A program made the position numbers and the translations under genes. This document shows positions 10,210 to 20,838 of a DNA stretch of 64,000 nucleotides, piece by piece. The number at the start of each line of letters is the position of its first letter. Within the stretch, counting starts at the first letter, position 1. The DNA comes from an uncultured Fibrobacterota bacterium (GTDB taxonomy: Bacteria; Fibrobacterota; Chitinivibrionia; Chitinivibrionales; FEN-1185): assembly GCA_963729895.1 (NCBI GenBank), contig CAVSQB010000028.1, forward strand, positions 227,495-291,494, in the 5' to 3' direction. The notes under the pieces are model-generated. The model was not told where the DNA came from. It saw only the letters and a program-made list of their open reading frames with translations, and did not search any database.

Positions 10210-13062
10210 CTACCGTGCCAGAAGAACCTGCCTGACAAAGTGTCCGCCATCCACGTCAAGACGGACAAAGCAAATTCCGTCGCTCTTAAGCTCTCCGCTC
10301 CCGAGAGTCCCGTTGATGGCGATCGGATGCCAACCGGCACCGACCCTTGAACCGGCCGTCCGTTCCAGGATTCTTCCTCTTGCGTCAAGGATCTCCACGG
10401 AAACCAGCGAGGGACTACCCAGGTAATACCGTACCACGCCGTTGATAGTCCGGATGTCGAGCGCCGGCATGGCCGAAGCCGCCATCGCGCGCAACGCCGG
10501 TCTCACTGCGGCCACTATTCCGTTGTTCGGTACCGGAACCACCGTGAACGACGCTGTGCCGGTTCCGAGGCCGGGCGAGGTGGCCGTCACGGTCACCACT
10601 CCGGGCGTGAATGTCGAGCGTACCGCCACTTTGCACATGCCGCCTTCGGAGGAAAGGTTCGGGTCCAGCGGCGAATGATAGGTGACCGGCTGATTGGCCG
10701 TGACCATCTGATCGCTGCCGCCGCGATAATTGCCGGGACCGCTCACGCTGAACGTAACAATATTACTTGCCGTAGGGCAGGTAATGCCGTTTGCGTCAAC
10801 GACTTTTGCCAGAATAAGCGCGGCATCGGTGCCGTTGGCCGTGATCTGAAACGTGTCTCCGTCCAGCTTCACCACCGGCGTGTCCACGACCAGAACGACA
10901 TGGTCGGGATTGCCTGCGGTCTGTTTCTGGTCGGAACACACAATGTTTCCGTTGGCGTCAAGGCCGTTCGCAAGAAGTGTCCCGGCTGCCCAGGCCACGT
11001 TGTCCCAGTAGCATTGGAACGGCAGCTCGGTGTTGGTATTCGCGGCGATGGTGTAGTCATCGCCTGTGCCACTCGCGGGATTCGGCGTCTTGATACCCTG
11101 ACTGGCGCCATTTATGAAAAGCTGCACGCTGGGACAGTTGCTGAACGCGTTGACCCGAACCGCGCCGCTGCGGTTCCAGTGATGGGCAAGATACACCACG
11201 GGTTTAATGGAGTATGGAATCCAGCACGCGGCATACATCTTGTAAAGCATCTTGGGCAGGCGGTTGAAGTCCATCATGGAACAGCCGAACGATCTCACCG
11301 AATTGCCCGGAGTTCCGTCGGCGTATTGCTGGTCCTCGCCCGGAGTTTCGGCCATATACCATTGACACAAGCCAAAACAATTGTCCGCCTTTGCGTCCTT
11401 CCAGTGCATCAGGTATGCCTGGGCCATCTCAATTTCATAATCGTACGCGTCTCTTTGTGAAGCGTACATTCCCATCCCTCCCCACGCTTCCGCGCCCCAG
11501 GCGGGATTACCCGGGTTGCCGCCCTTGACGCCGATCTCGCATCCGGTAACCGTGCAGGAGAGAATATCTTTGGGTCCGTTTCCGTTTCCGCGAACCGATA
11601 TCACTCGCGGCGACAGCGAGTCCCATGTATCGCAAATGGTCCGCAATGCGTTACATGTATTGGGATCAATATTCCCGTTGCTTACTTCCCATGCGAGAAT
11701 GGACGGATCATTTCTGTCACGTATGACTCCGTCACGCTGCATTTCCTCTTTGAGCGTGATTTGATCCGCAGTCGCAGATCCGGTGGAGAACTGGCCTTCG
11801 CCTTCGCCGCTCGGCTGCATCAGCATCACCCCCGTGTTGTCGCACGCGTAGACAAATCCCGGGCTGCACGCGGAATGGCCGGGCCTCCACAGGTTGCCGC
11901 CGCACTTGGTGAGAAGCAGCGCGTCACGATATTCGATTTCCGGCGGCAATGCGGTTCCGAGCGCCGGGTAGTCGTAGCGGGCGGATGCACCGTACAACAG
12001 ATGCTTGTGCCCATTGATATAAGGAAAATTGGCGTCCCAGGTGATCGTGCGTATTCCCAGCGGACTTTGGAATACGTCAACTGTGGTTCCTCCGACTTGA
12101 ACAATGTGGTACACCGTGTACATATATGGAGTGCCGAATGTGCTGTTGTTCGGATACCACAGGTGCGGATTGGTCACAGTGCCGTTCTGATCGAAAACCG
12201 TGCTTTGTCCTGCATTGACGGCGCCGGTGCTTGTTTGGGTCAGCACAACCGTATTTGTTGCGTCCACGACCTTGGTTGTGACCGTAACATTTTGGGCTGT
12301 AGCATTGTCGTTTCGGACGTTGGTCAACATGCGAACCGTTGCCTGTGAGCCGTCGGCCGCAACGCTCGTCGTGGCAACGTAGGTGCCCCATTGGCTGAGT
12401 GTCGAATACGAATTCATCGGAATATGAACCTTGTCGGTGATGTACATGAAGACCGGCCGGAATATACCGCCGTCTTCCGACCCAAAACGGAACACTGTGG
12501 AAAAACCGGGATTTTCGAAAAAGCCGCCATTCTTACCGACTCGAACGGCCAGCACATTATCTGCGCCTCCGAAATTGAGATTTGGAGTAACATCCACAAC
12601 GAATCCCTGGAAGCCGATGACGTGGGTCGCGGTCGCATCCGCGGTTACCGCACTGTTACCGGGGAGAAAGGTGCCGTTGATGTAAACCTGACAGCCTATG
12701 TGTACCCCCTGGAATTCAACGAAAACCTTTCTTCCCGAATAGGAATTGTCGAGGGTAAAATGCTTCCTATACCATACATTACCGCCAAACATCGACCCAT
12801 CGCCGCCGCCGCTGCCCTGGTTGATAAAGGTGTCGGTGTCGTTATAGGTGTGCGGAACGCCGATCTGTTTCCACGCGGCATCGTTGAACGCAGAGGCCTG
12901 AGCGCCGGTGGGATCGGACTTCATAAACAGCCAGGGTGTTTCACCCAGGTTGATTGTCAGCCTGTTGCTCGATTCCCCTGTGTAAGTATCCGCGAAACCA
13001 GACATGGCAGCAAGCATCGTGACAACCATTGCGCATCCAAGAATTTTGTCTTTCATTGTCAT
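10210..13062 (-). CDS. Secreted GH2 glycoside hydrolase (beta-galactosidase-like, DUF4982 and Ig-like domains)
   Basis: WYRKHF, GGIFRPV, LGIRTI, RDRNDPSILAWEVSN and HWN...FSNCPSVQLFING motifs; C-terminal sorting-type domain. Confidence 0.88.
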   Translation of the reverse strand: MTMKDKILGCAMVVTMLAAMSGFADTYTGESSNRLTINLGETPWLFMKSDPTGAQASAFNDAAWKQIGVPHTYNDTDTFINQGSGGGDGSMFGGNVWYRKHFTLDNSYSGRKVFVEFQGVHIGCQVYINGTFLPGNSAVTADATATHVIGFQGFVVDVTPNLNFGGADNVLAVRVGKNGGFFENPGFSTVFRFGSEDGGIFRPVFMYITDKVHIPMNSYSTLSQWGTYVATTSVAADGSQATVRMLTNVRNDNATAQNVTVTTKVVDATNTVVLTQTSTGAVNAGQSTVFDQNGTVTNPHLWYPNNSTFGTPYMYTVYHIVQVGGTTVDVFQSPLGIRTITWDANFPYINGHKHLLYGASARYDYPALGTALPPEIEYRDALLLTKCGGNLWRPGHSACSPGFVYACDNTGVMLMQPSGEGEGQFSTGSATADQITLKEEMQRDGVIRDRNDPSILAWEVSNGNIDPNTCNALRTICDTWDSLSPRVISVRGNGNGPKDILSCTVTGCEIGVKGGNPGNPAWGAEAWGGMGMYASQRDAYDYEIEMAQAYLMHWKDAKADNCFGLCQWYMAETPGEDQQYADGTPGNSVRSFGCSMMDFNRLPKMLYKMYAACWIPYSIKPVVYLAHHWNRSGAVRVNAFSNCPSVQLFINGASQGIKTPNPASGTGDDYTIAANTNTELPFQCYWDNVAWAAGTLLANGLDANGNIVCSDQKQTAGNPDHVVLVVDTPVVKLDGDTFQITANGTDAALILAKVVDANGITCPTASNIVTFSVSGPGNYRGGSDQMVTANQPVTYHSPLDPNLSSEGGMCKVAVRSTFTPGVVTVTATSPGLGTGTASFTVVPVPNNGIVAAVRPALRAMAASAMPALDIRTINGVVRYYLGSPSLVSVEILDARGRILERTAGSRVGAGWHPIAINGTLGSGELKSDGICFVRLDVDGGHFVRQVLLAR

Positions 13063-13161
13063 TGCCTCCCTTATGGATTTTTTTTCAGGTCATTTAACAT
13101 TCAATATATTGGTTGGATTCGAACTTCGCTTTGCATACCCCCTTCCCTAAAGTGGTTATGG

Positions 13162-14019
13162 CTATACCCCAATTACTTTCTCAGTCGAAATGGGAGTTTT
13201 CTCTTTGAATTGACCTCTGTATTCTTCAGGTGTTTTCCCCTTTAGTGATCCGTGTGGCCGTATCCGGTTGTAAATGTTCTTCCAATGTTCGATTATTCTT
13301 TCTGCGTCCTCTAATGAGATGAACCAGTTTTCATTCAAGCATTGGTCCCTGAATATCGAATTGAATGATTCTACAAAAGCATTCTGGCTGGGCTTGCCGG
13401 GCTGAATGAATTCCTGCCTTACCTGGTTTCGTATTGCCCAGAGCATGAGTTCTTTGCTCCGGAATTCCGGGCCGTTATCAGTCAACAGAGCTTCCGGCTT
13501 TCCGTACCTGGCCACCAGGTGGTCTAGAACTTGGCAGACTCCTAGTGCTGGAATAGAACGTGCTACCTTGATTGCAAGAGCCTCACGGGTGCAGTCATCG
13601 ACAACATTCAGGCATTTCAGCTTGCGCTTGTCGGAAGTACTGTCGAATATGAAATCCATTGACCAGCGACGGCTTGGCCGATCCGGCAGCGTCAACGGCA
13701 TCCGTTGGCTATTGCGTTTCTGACGCCTCCTCCGCTTGCTTTTCTGAAGCGATTCTTCCTTGTAGAGCCGATGCACACGTTTGTGATTTACTATGTACCC
13801 AAGGTTGCGGAGATACCAATAAAGCGTCGGAAAGCCCCATGAACGGAACGATGAAATGGTTTCATGCATTTTTGTTTTCAACTCGCTGTTCAAAGCCGAT
13901 TCCTGCGGTCGATAGCGGTACCCTGCCGGTGTCATACCCAGAAGTCCGCATGCTTTCCGTTGACTCAGGCCTTGCCGCATTAGTGCGTCCACAGTCAGCC
14001 TACGCTGAGGACGCTTCAC
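13162..14019 (-). CDS. IS3 transposase OrfB (rve DDE)
   Basis: WSMDF, TDNGPEF and QNAFVESFN motifs. Confidence 0.95.
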   Translation of the reverse strand: MKRPQRRLTVDALMRQGLSQRKACGLLGMTPAGYRYRPQESALNSELKTKMHETISSFRSWGFPTLYWYLRNLGYIVNHKRVHRLYKEESLQKSKRRRRQKRNSQRMPLTLPDRPSRRWSMDFIFDSTSDKRKLKCLNVVDDCTREALAIKVARSIPALGVCQVLDHLVARYGKPEALLTDNGPEFRSKELMLWAIRNQVRQEFIQPGKPSQNAFVESFNSIFRDQCLNENWFISLEDAERIIEHWKNIYNRIRPHGSLKGKTPEEYRGQFKEKTPISTEKVIGV

Positions 14020-14282
14020 TATTTTCTTTGCAGCACTTCCTTCATTGCATCGATCTGAAGTGCCTGGTCTGCAACAATCCGCTTGAGCCGGCTGTTTTCG
14101 CCCTCGATCTCCTTCATCCTTTTCAGATCAGAGAGCTCAAGTCCGCTGTATTTGCTCTTCCAACGGAAGTACGTGTTCTCTGAAATACCATATTGACGAC
14201 AAAGATCAGCGACTTTGGCTCCGCGGTCGCCCTCTTGCAGGATCCGAAAAATCTGCTCTTCACTGTAGCGCTTGCCTTTCAT
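14019..14282 (-). CDS. IS3 transposase OrfA (HTH)
   Basis: RYSEEQI...LCRQYGISENTYFRWKSKY; overlaps orfB in the -1 frame. Confidence 0.95.
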   Translation of the reverse strand: MKGKRYSEEQIFRILQEGDRGAKVADLCRQYGISENTYFRWKSKYSGLELSDLKRMKEIEGENSRLKRIVADQALQIDAMKEVLQRK

Positions 14283-14557
14283 GAGTCCTCCTAGTTAGTT
14301 TAAAATAACTCGGAAAACTCCCTTCTCAAATGAGCAAGTTTTCGGGGGTATAGCCAGTTACAAAACCAGGTCCAACCCAATTCCTGACCATATAATATAA
14401 CCCACATTTGCCAAACTTGATGGATTACTTGGCTTTTTTGTTGTCATTCCTCAAGGGGACACGGTTGTAGTTGCGGCTTCTGGTAGTCACCATTTCTTTG
14501 GGTGTCACCGGAAAGAACCATCAATAAGTATTTCACCATTTTCATTGTGCCCATAAC

Positions 14558-14653
14558 GAGCCTGTAGGAAAAGTCAAAATGCACCAAATAAGTGGCGATT
14601 TTGAACGAATTTAACCGCCCATTTGTCAAGAAAAGGACTTTTTCTACAGGCTC
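14558..14653. mobile_element. 96-bp MITE derived from IS1182-type ends
   Basis: IRs GAGCCTGTAGGAAAAGTC...GACTTTTTCTACAGGCTC nearly identical to the ends of the IS at 17057-18883; AAC duplicated on both sides. Confidence 0.85.
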
Positions 14654-15078
14654 AACGCCGCGCTAATATGCCTGACCATGACCGCAGTTTCCTTTCGCAA
14701 ACCACCAATCTTGCTTGAAGTACCAACCGCTTGCCCTCATAATATCCTGTCAATCCGGTGCTTTTCAAGGCTTTTTGAAATAAAGTGTTTTCTGCAAGAA
14801 AACCAGGCTAGAACTGTTCACCTCCGCCCCCTCTTCAGATCGAACCCCCTGCTGAAAAGTGTACACAAAGAGTACACAGTTACAGCGTACTTGGGCGTAT
14901 GAAGCTTCAAAGGCCAGAAAATAAGAAAGCCTCAAAACGGCTCTTCATTGTTTGTATATTATTGCCGGGGCGTTTTTTGGTGTTTCCGGTTAATGGGGCG
15001 TACGCAAAGTACTTGTTTGCAAACAAAAGCTGATGTCGTAACCAATAATTATGAGCAGGCCGCTTCAAGGGAGGCTCT

Positions 15079-16150
15079 ATGATACGTCCACCGAATATTT
15101 TCTTTCCGGTTCTCGTTGTTGCTTGCGTCAACTCGTTCGCTCACCCACCGAACGCCTGTTACGCCCTCGCCTGGTCTGACGAGTTTAATGGCACAGCACT
15201 TGATACCAGCATTTGGACATACGATACCGGTTGCATAAACGGATCTTCGAGCATTCCAGAAGCCTATTATTCAAAGAACAATATATTCCTCGATAGCGGT
15301 GCATTGGTGATCGAGGCGAGAAGACAAACGAGCGGAGCCCCGGATTGCAGTAACGGCTATTCGTCTGGTCGCATAAATACGCGTGGGAAAATATCTTTCC
15401 TTTACGGGTACCTGGAAGTGAGACTCAAGGCGGCTGTGGCCGTCGTTCTATACGATTGGCGAAAACATTGCCACTGTAGGCTGGCCGGCATGCGGAGGAA
15501 TGGGAATGTATGAACAACTGACGGGTACTTGGCCGGTCGACGGATCCATTGGCGACAAGGTTTTTAGCGGTACGTGTGATTTTATGGATACCAGCGGTGC
15601 GAGCCACAATAGCAAACAGCTGGTACTCCCCCAAGGTCTGGATTTGGACTACCATTTATATGGAATCCTTTGGGATTCAGCCTTTGTCGAATACTATTTC
15701 GATGACAGCATGTATTGGTCAAGAACGGAAACGCCGAACATCAATGCTGCTGGCAATTTTGGAGCTTTCCACTATGGTCATTTTTTAAATGCAGATATCA
15801 CGGTTGGGGGGCCAAGTGTATTGGCTGCGGTTGGCCAGATCGATGATAGCATTTTTCCGCAACGAATGTACATCGATTTCGTCCGGGTGTATCAAAAAGC
15901 CATGATCTGCTCCGTTGGCGTTGCATCGCGCAACGTGAAAATCACGCTTGTTAAACCGGCATCGGCGACGCTGCGTGTTTACGATCTGAAGGGCAAAATG
16001 ATTGCGGATTTATCATCTTGGGTGAGGACGGCGAGGGCCGGCGCCGACGTCCTAGCCAAGGTCCGCGGCGTGCTGCACAAAGGTGCCTATGTCGTACGGT
16101 TATCTGAGGGCGCAAGGGTAGTGACGCAGAAGGTGGTTTGTATGAACTAG
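15079..16150 (+). pseudogene. GH16 (laminarinase-like) pseudogene with C-terminal sorting-type domain
   Basis: WSDEFNG, YSSGRINT and YGYLEVR in one frame; LWPSF...WPACG continues in another frame from ~15434; catalytic ExDxxE reads GMGMYE. Confidence 0.8.
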
Positions 16151-17056
16151 CTCCTACACAAATGCGTAACTTGCAAAGGAGGGCAGATCGACCAGCTTTT
16201 CTCCTCCTGAGTCAAGGCCTGTCTAGCCAAGCCAGACCTTGACTCAGCAGATATTCCATGGAAAAATGGCACGACTCAGTTGGGCGTCACGGGACGATGC
16301 TCTGACGGAAAAGAAAAGATGATTCTACTACATGAGTTACATGTGTCTGTCCTGAAGGAGAAAGCTTTCGCTACTGATTGTCGCTGTAGGGACGCATCAG
16401 GTATTGGAATGGGGGTAGCAATTCAGGCTGCCCTTCTTATGGGTCAATGTTCCAAAGAAGAACGCGCCTGCAAAGCCCCCTTCTTTCTTTAGTGATGGCT
16501 GCTTAAGCCTATAGCCATTTGTGAAATTTGCAAATATCCAAAATAATGTTTTCGCAATGTCCGTATTATCATTTGTATTGCTTCGTAAGAGGACATTTTC
16601 TATTAATGTCCCGCCTTGTCATTCCCATCTCAATGGCGGTAGGATTATGTCAATGTTTTGCCCAAAGTCGAAACTCTTGGTTGTCTTTGCGATTTGTCTT
16701 TTGGCGTTTTGGGGTTGCAACAAGAATCCAACGAAGCCGACGCTAGCTAACATACTTGCTACGATAGTGATGAAGGACATTCCCGCCGGAACGTTTACAA
16801 TGGGATCGGATAGTGCCGCTGATCATGGAGCACAACCACCTCATCAGGTCACGTTAAGCGCGTTTAAAATGTCGGAGACCGATGTGACGCAAGAGCAATA
16901 TCGGGCGGTAATGGATACAAACCCGTCCTATTTTGATACGGGGGCGAGTTCATTGCTCAGGCCGGTAGAACAGGTAAGTTGGTACGATGCGGTCCGATTT
17001 TGCAATGCCTTAAGTAACCTCTCTGGGTTAGATACTGTCTATAATAGTACGACGTT

Positions 17057-18883
17057 GAGCCTGTAGAAAAAGTCCCTTTCCCGCCACTTTTACCTGAAAT
17101 TCCGGTCTTTTTTCCTTATATTATTTGTAAACTCAGCAGGAAGGAAGGCCGATGGCCCGCTACAAAGAGTATTCCTACGAACAAGGCAAGCTTATCCCCA
17201 TCACGTTTCGCGAGCAGATCATTCCGGGCAGTTTCGAGTTCGCGTTGAGCGAGATCGTGGATAATGTGCTGGACCTTTCTGTTTTCGAGGGCCGGTTTAC
17301 CAACGACGAGACCGGTGCGCCCGCGTACGACCCGCGCGTGATGCTGAAGATTGTTCTCTACGCGTATTCCCGGGGCATCATGCACAGCCGGGACATAGCG
17401 CGCTGCTGCGAGGAGAACGTGATGTTCATGGCACTCTCGGCCGATACGAAGCCGCATTTTACGACGATTGCACATTTTATTTCGTCGATGCATGTGGAGA
17501 TCACGCCGCTGTTCCGAGACATCCTGTTGTATTGCGCGGAGGAGGGATTGATCAGCCGGCAAATGTTTGCGATCGATGGCTGCAAGATGTCTTCGAACTG
17601 CGCCAAGGAGTGGAGCGGCACACTCGAGGATTTCGAGAAGCGGAAGAAGAAGATAGAGTACCAGGTTCGTTTTCTTTTGCGCAAGCACCGCGAGTGCGAT
17701 GAGCGTGAACTTGGCGAGGACATACGGAAGAAGGAACGGAAGGCGATCAACCACCTTCGTTCGAAGGTGCGCAAGATCAACCGTTGGATGCGGAAAAACG
17801 AGGATAAGCGCGGGGCTAAGGGACAGGCGAAGAAGAGCAACATCACGGACAACGAGAGCGCGAAGATGCCGAGCTCACACGGCGTGATCCAGGGCTACAA
17901 CGGCGCCGCGGCGGTTGATGAAAAGCGCCAGGTGATCGTTCATGCCGAGGCATTCAGCGAGGGGACGGACAACGCGCTTTTGAAGCCGATGATCGACGGT
18001 GTGCGGGAGAACTTTGAGGCCATAGGCGAGCCCGACATTTTTACTCAGGCGAAAGTGACTGCGGACAGCGGTTTTCATAGCGAAGCGAACATGCAGATGC
18101 TTGCGGAAGAAGGAGTGGACGGGTACGTTGCGGACAATAAATTCCGCAAGCGCGACCCGCAGTTTGCGGATGCGGACCGGCACAAAAATCCGATTGACCG
18201 CAACAAGACGCCGGTACGGTCAAAGCACTACTTTACCCCAAGTGATTTTATCCTGAATGAATCCGACGGCACGCTTACCTGCCCTGCAGGCAACAAGCTT
18301 TACGTGTTGAACAAGAACTATGTCGGGACGCGTGGCGAACACGGGATCGCCTATGCCGGGAGAAAAGCCGACTGCCTTGCATGTGAAATTCGGAAGAAAT
18401 GTTTGCGGCTTGACCATACGGAGCGCAGACAGGTGGTGAAGTTCGATCAATCCGGCCCACGATCAACGGGGGCCTATACCAAACGGATGATCGAGAAATT
18501 CGACTCCGCCTTCGGCAGGTACATATACAGCAGGCGAATGGGCACGGTGGAACCGGTGTTCGCCAACATCTGCCGGACGCTCGGCCTCGATAGGATTACC
18601 GTGCGCACCAGGACAAAGGCCGATACGCAATGGAAGCTGTACTCGATGGTGCACAACATTTTCAAGATTTACCGGTTCGGGCCTTCCTATGGGCATTAGC
18701 AAGAGCCCGGGGGCCGGCTTGTCCCTCACTATAGGGCGCACAAGGCCTCAGATTCACCTAAAAACGCCACTCGCCCCACAATTCTGAACCTGCATTCTTA
18801 CCTTTCCGCACAAAGCGCGAATTGACTTGACAGAGAACAAGGGAAATCCGATTTTATTGAAAACAGGGTTTTTCTACAGGCTC
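17057..18883 (+). mobile_element. IS1182-family insertion sequence (1827 bp)
   Basis: IRs GAGCCTGTAGAAAAA...TTTTTCTACAGGCTC; 3-bp duplication GTT. Confidence 0.92.
17152..18699 (+). CDS. IS1182-family transposase
   Basis: GAPAYDPRVMLKIVLYAY (DUF772), AIDGCK, ADSGF and RMGTVEPVF motifs. Confidence 0.93.
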   Translation: MARYKEYSYEQGKLIPITFREQIIPGSFEFALSEIVDNVLDLSVFEGRFTNDETGAPAYDPRVMLKIVLYAYSRGIMHSRDIARCCEENVMFMALSADTKPHFTTIAHFISSMHVEITPLFRDILLYCAEEGLISRQMFAIDGCKMSSNCAKEWSGTLEDFEKRKKKIEYQVRFLLRKHRECDERELGEDIRKKERKAINHLRSKVRKINRWMRKNEDKRGAKGQAKKSNITDNESAKMPSSHGVIQGYNGAAAVDEKRQVIVHAEAFSEGTDNALLKPMIDGVRENFEAIGEPDIFTQAKVTADSGFHSEANMQMLAEEGVDGYVADNKFRKRDPQFADADRHKNPIDRNKTPVRSKHYFTPSDFILNESDGTLTCPAGNKLYVLNKNYVGTRGEHGIAYAGRKADCLACEIRKKCLRLDHTERRQVVKFDQSGPRSTGAYTKRMIEKFDSAFGRYIYSRRMGTVEPVFANICRTLGLDRITVRTRTKADTQWKLYSMVHNIFKIYRFGPSYGH

Positions 18884-19609
18884 GTTAGATACCATTATTG
18901 ATAGTATGACATGGGCGGCGGATTTTACAAAAAGTGGATACCGTTTACCTACGGAAGCACAATGGGAATACGCCTGTCGAGCAGGGTCAACTACTGAATA
19001 TTGGTGGGGGCCTGACACAAATAGGATGGGAGCGCGCACATGGTGGGGTTTTAACAGCGGGGGCACAACACACCCTGTCGCAACAAAGCTGCCAAACGCC
19101 TATGGACTGTACGATATGACGGGGAATGTGTGGCAGTGGTGCAATGACCGGTATGGGGCTTACACGGCAGGAGCGGAAACAGACCCGACTGGTGCTTCAA
19201 GTGGTACGTACCGCGTTTTGCGCGGGGGCTCGTGGTACGGCATCGGGGTCGTCAACGTCGTCGACTTCTGTTCCGCATACCGCAACGGCAGCGTCTTCAT
19301 CTTCCCGGTCTACAGCTATTACATCATCGGGTTTCGCGTTGTGCTTCCTCAGTAGAACGCTTTTCTCTTTTACCCTTTTGCCCTCTTGAATCCGGGACGC
19401 GCAAGCGCCTCGGAATATTTTTCAAAATGAGTTTTTGTGGCGAAGCATTGCTTGGAGCCACTTTATATAGAATTTCAGCCTTTCCCCGAGTGTACACTTA
19501 GTGTACACTTTTTCGTAGCAATTGGTAGTATTTGGTAGCATGAAGGAATGAAGGCAGAAAACAAAAAAGCCCCCAAACTGCTTTAATTTTGCAAATTTGG
19601 GGACTTTTT

Positions 19610-19654
19610 TGGTACACCATTCAGGATTCGAACCTGAGACCTACTGATTAAGAG
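19610..19654 (-). repeat. att site of island 1: copy of the 3' 45 nt of tRNA-Lys
   Basis: Identical to 29268-29312. Confidence 0.95.
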
Positions 19655-19704
19655 AAAGTAGGTATCTCGAAAAAATCGCTTTTTTTATTCAAAATTCGCG
19701 GCTT

Positions 19705-20769
19705 TTAGCCAACTTCCGCCGAAATGTTTTCACACTTGTTTTCACATTGCCCCGGAAAACGTACCAAATTCAGAAGTTTTTCTTCCCGGAAGCCATAATA
19801 AACGCGCATCATATAATCCCCCCGTTTCCACCCGGCAAGCATATAAATCGCCGTGTCGGGCGTGCCTGCATTCCGTAGCGACGTTACCGCGCAATGTCTC
19901 AAAGAGTGAAAGACAAAGCCCGATATTCCCGCTTCCCTCAAAGCATGGTGCCAGGATTTTTTGAAGTCGCCCAGGGTGTGATACTTCCCGGCCTTATCGC
20001 GCCGGTAGAAAAGAAAATCCGTTTCCCTGGGCAATTGCCGGAAATAATCAAGCATATCCGGGGGAATTTTTTTAATACATGGTTCCCCGTTCTTTGTGAT
20101 TGCGCCCGGCACCGTGATTGTATTCTTGAAAAGGTTCAAGTGTTCCCTTTTCATATTCACGATTTCGGAAATCCGGCAAGGGACGCGAAGCGCGAAATTA
20201 ACCGCCGGTAGTAGGTGAGGGGCCACACGATCTAGGGCCGCAAGAAGCCGCGCCTGTTCATCCTGGGTAAGTATCCTGTCCTTTGCGGTTTCTTCCAATT
20301 TTGTAAACCGCCCGCCTCGAAGCGGGTTTCCTTTCATCCGCCCGTGAAGCGCGGCAAAATTACAAGCCGCGCGCGCCCAGGCAAGGTAACGGTTTATTGT
20401 CCCGTTTGCAATCGGTTTCCCGGTTCGCTTGCCCTTCTCTGTTTTGAGCAATTGAAGGAAACGGTCAAACCGTTCGGAAAGGTCTTTCAAGGCAACCGCG
20501 CCCAGGTCGGCCCGCAACCGGTCAAACAGGGGCTTCGATTTCCCTATTTCGTGGCGTGCAATGTAGAAATCAAGTGCTTCGGCAAAGTTTTCAAAGAGCG
20601 TTCCGGCATTGTCCCGCGCTCGAAGCCCGGCCTTCATCTTTTCAAGTTCGGCTTTTGCTTCCTCGCGGTTTGCGCCGGTCAAGGTGTTTTGGTCCTGCAC
20701 GATCTTCCCGTTAATGCGAAGCCGCGCACGAACCCTAAATACACCATCCCTCAAACGATCTATTCCCAT
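19705..20769 (-). CDS. Tyrosine recombinase/integrase (intact)
   Basis: PCRISE (R), TKNG (K), FHSLRH (HxxR), LAGW and terminal Y catalytic residues; adjacent to att. Confidence 0.93.
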   Translation of the reverse strand: MGIDRLRDGVFRVRARLRINGKIVQDQNTLTGANREEAKAELEKMKAGLRARDNAGTLFENFAEALDFYIARHEIGKSKPLFDRLRADLGAVALKDLSERFDRFLQLLKTEKGKRTGKPIANGTINRYLAWARAACNFAALHGRMKGNPLRGGRFTKLEETAKDRILTQDEQARLLAALDRVAPHLLPAVNFALRVPCRISEIVNMKREHLNLFKNTITVPGAITKNGEPCIKKIPPDMLDYFRQLPRETDFLFYRRDKAGKYHTLGDFKKSWHHALREAGISGFVFHSLRHCAVTSLRNAGTPDTAIYMLAGWKRGDYMMRVYYGFREEKLLNLVRFPGQCENKCENISAEVG

Positions 20770-20838
20770 AAAGCATCCTTCCGCTTTGTGGGAACAGAAT
20801 AGGCTTGTCCATAATATACCACCATTTTCTACCTTTTA

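Larger units (their letters stand above)
13159..14356 (-). mobile_element. IS3-family insertion sequence, intact copy 1 (1198 bp)
   Basis: Terminal IRs TGGCTATACCCC...GGGGTATAGCCA; 4-bp target duplication GTTA (13155-13158 / 14357-14360); orfA and orfB. Confidence 0.95.
16647..19355 (+). pseudogene. FGE-sulfatase (CLec-fold) lipoprotein interrupted by IS1182; probable DGR target
   Basis: Removing 17057-18883 and one GTT copy gives the in-frame join NSTTLDTIIDSMTWAADF; GTFTMG, PVEQVSWYDA, YRLPTEAQWEYACRAG, GLYDMTGNVWQW and RGGSW...GFRVV motifs. Confidence 0.92.

Noticed and set aside
14545..14700. Integron attC site (TAACGCCGCGCTAA after removing the MITE; GTTAGAT at the IS1182 target)
   Set aside because: No complementary half-site, no cassette array and no IntI
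16207..16247. Hairpin CTGAGTCAAGG...CCTTGACTCAG as a mini mobile element
   Set aside because: Single copy with no clear target duplication; could simply be a terminator-like hairpin after the GH16 gene
19610..19654. Additional tRNA genes at 19610 and 46445
   Set aside because: Each is only half a tRNA and is interpreted as an att site
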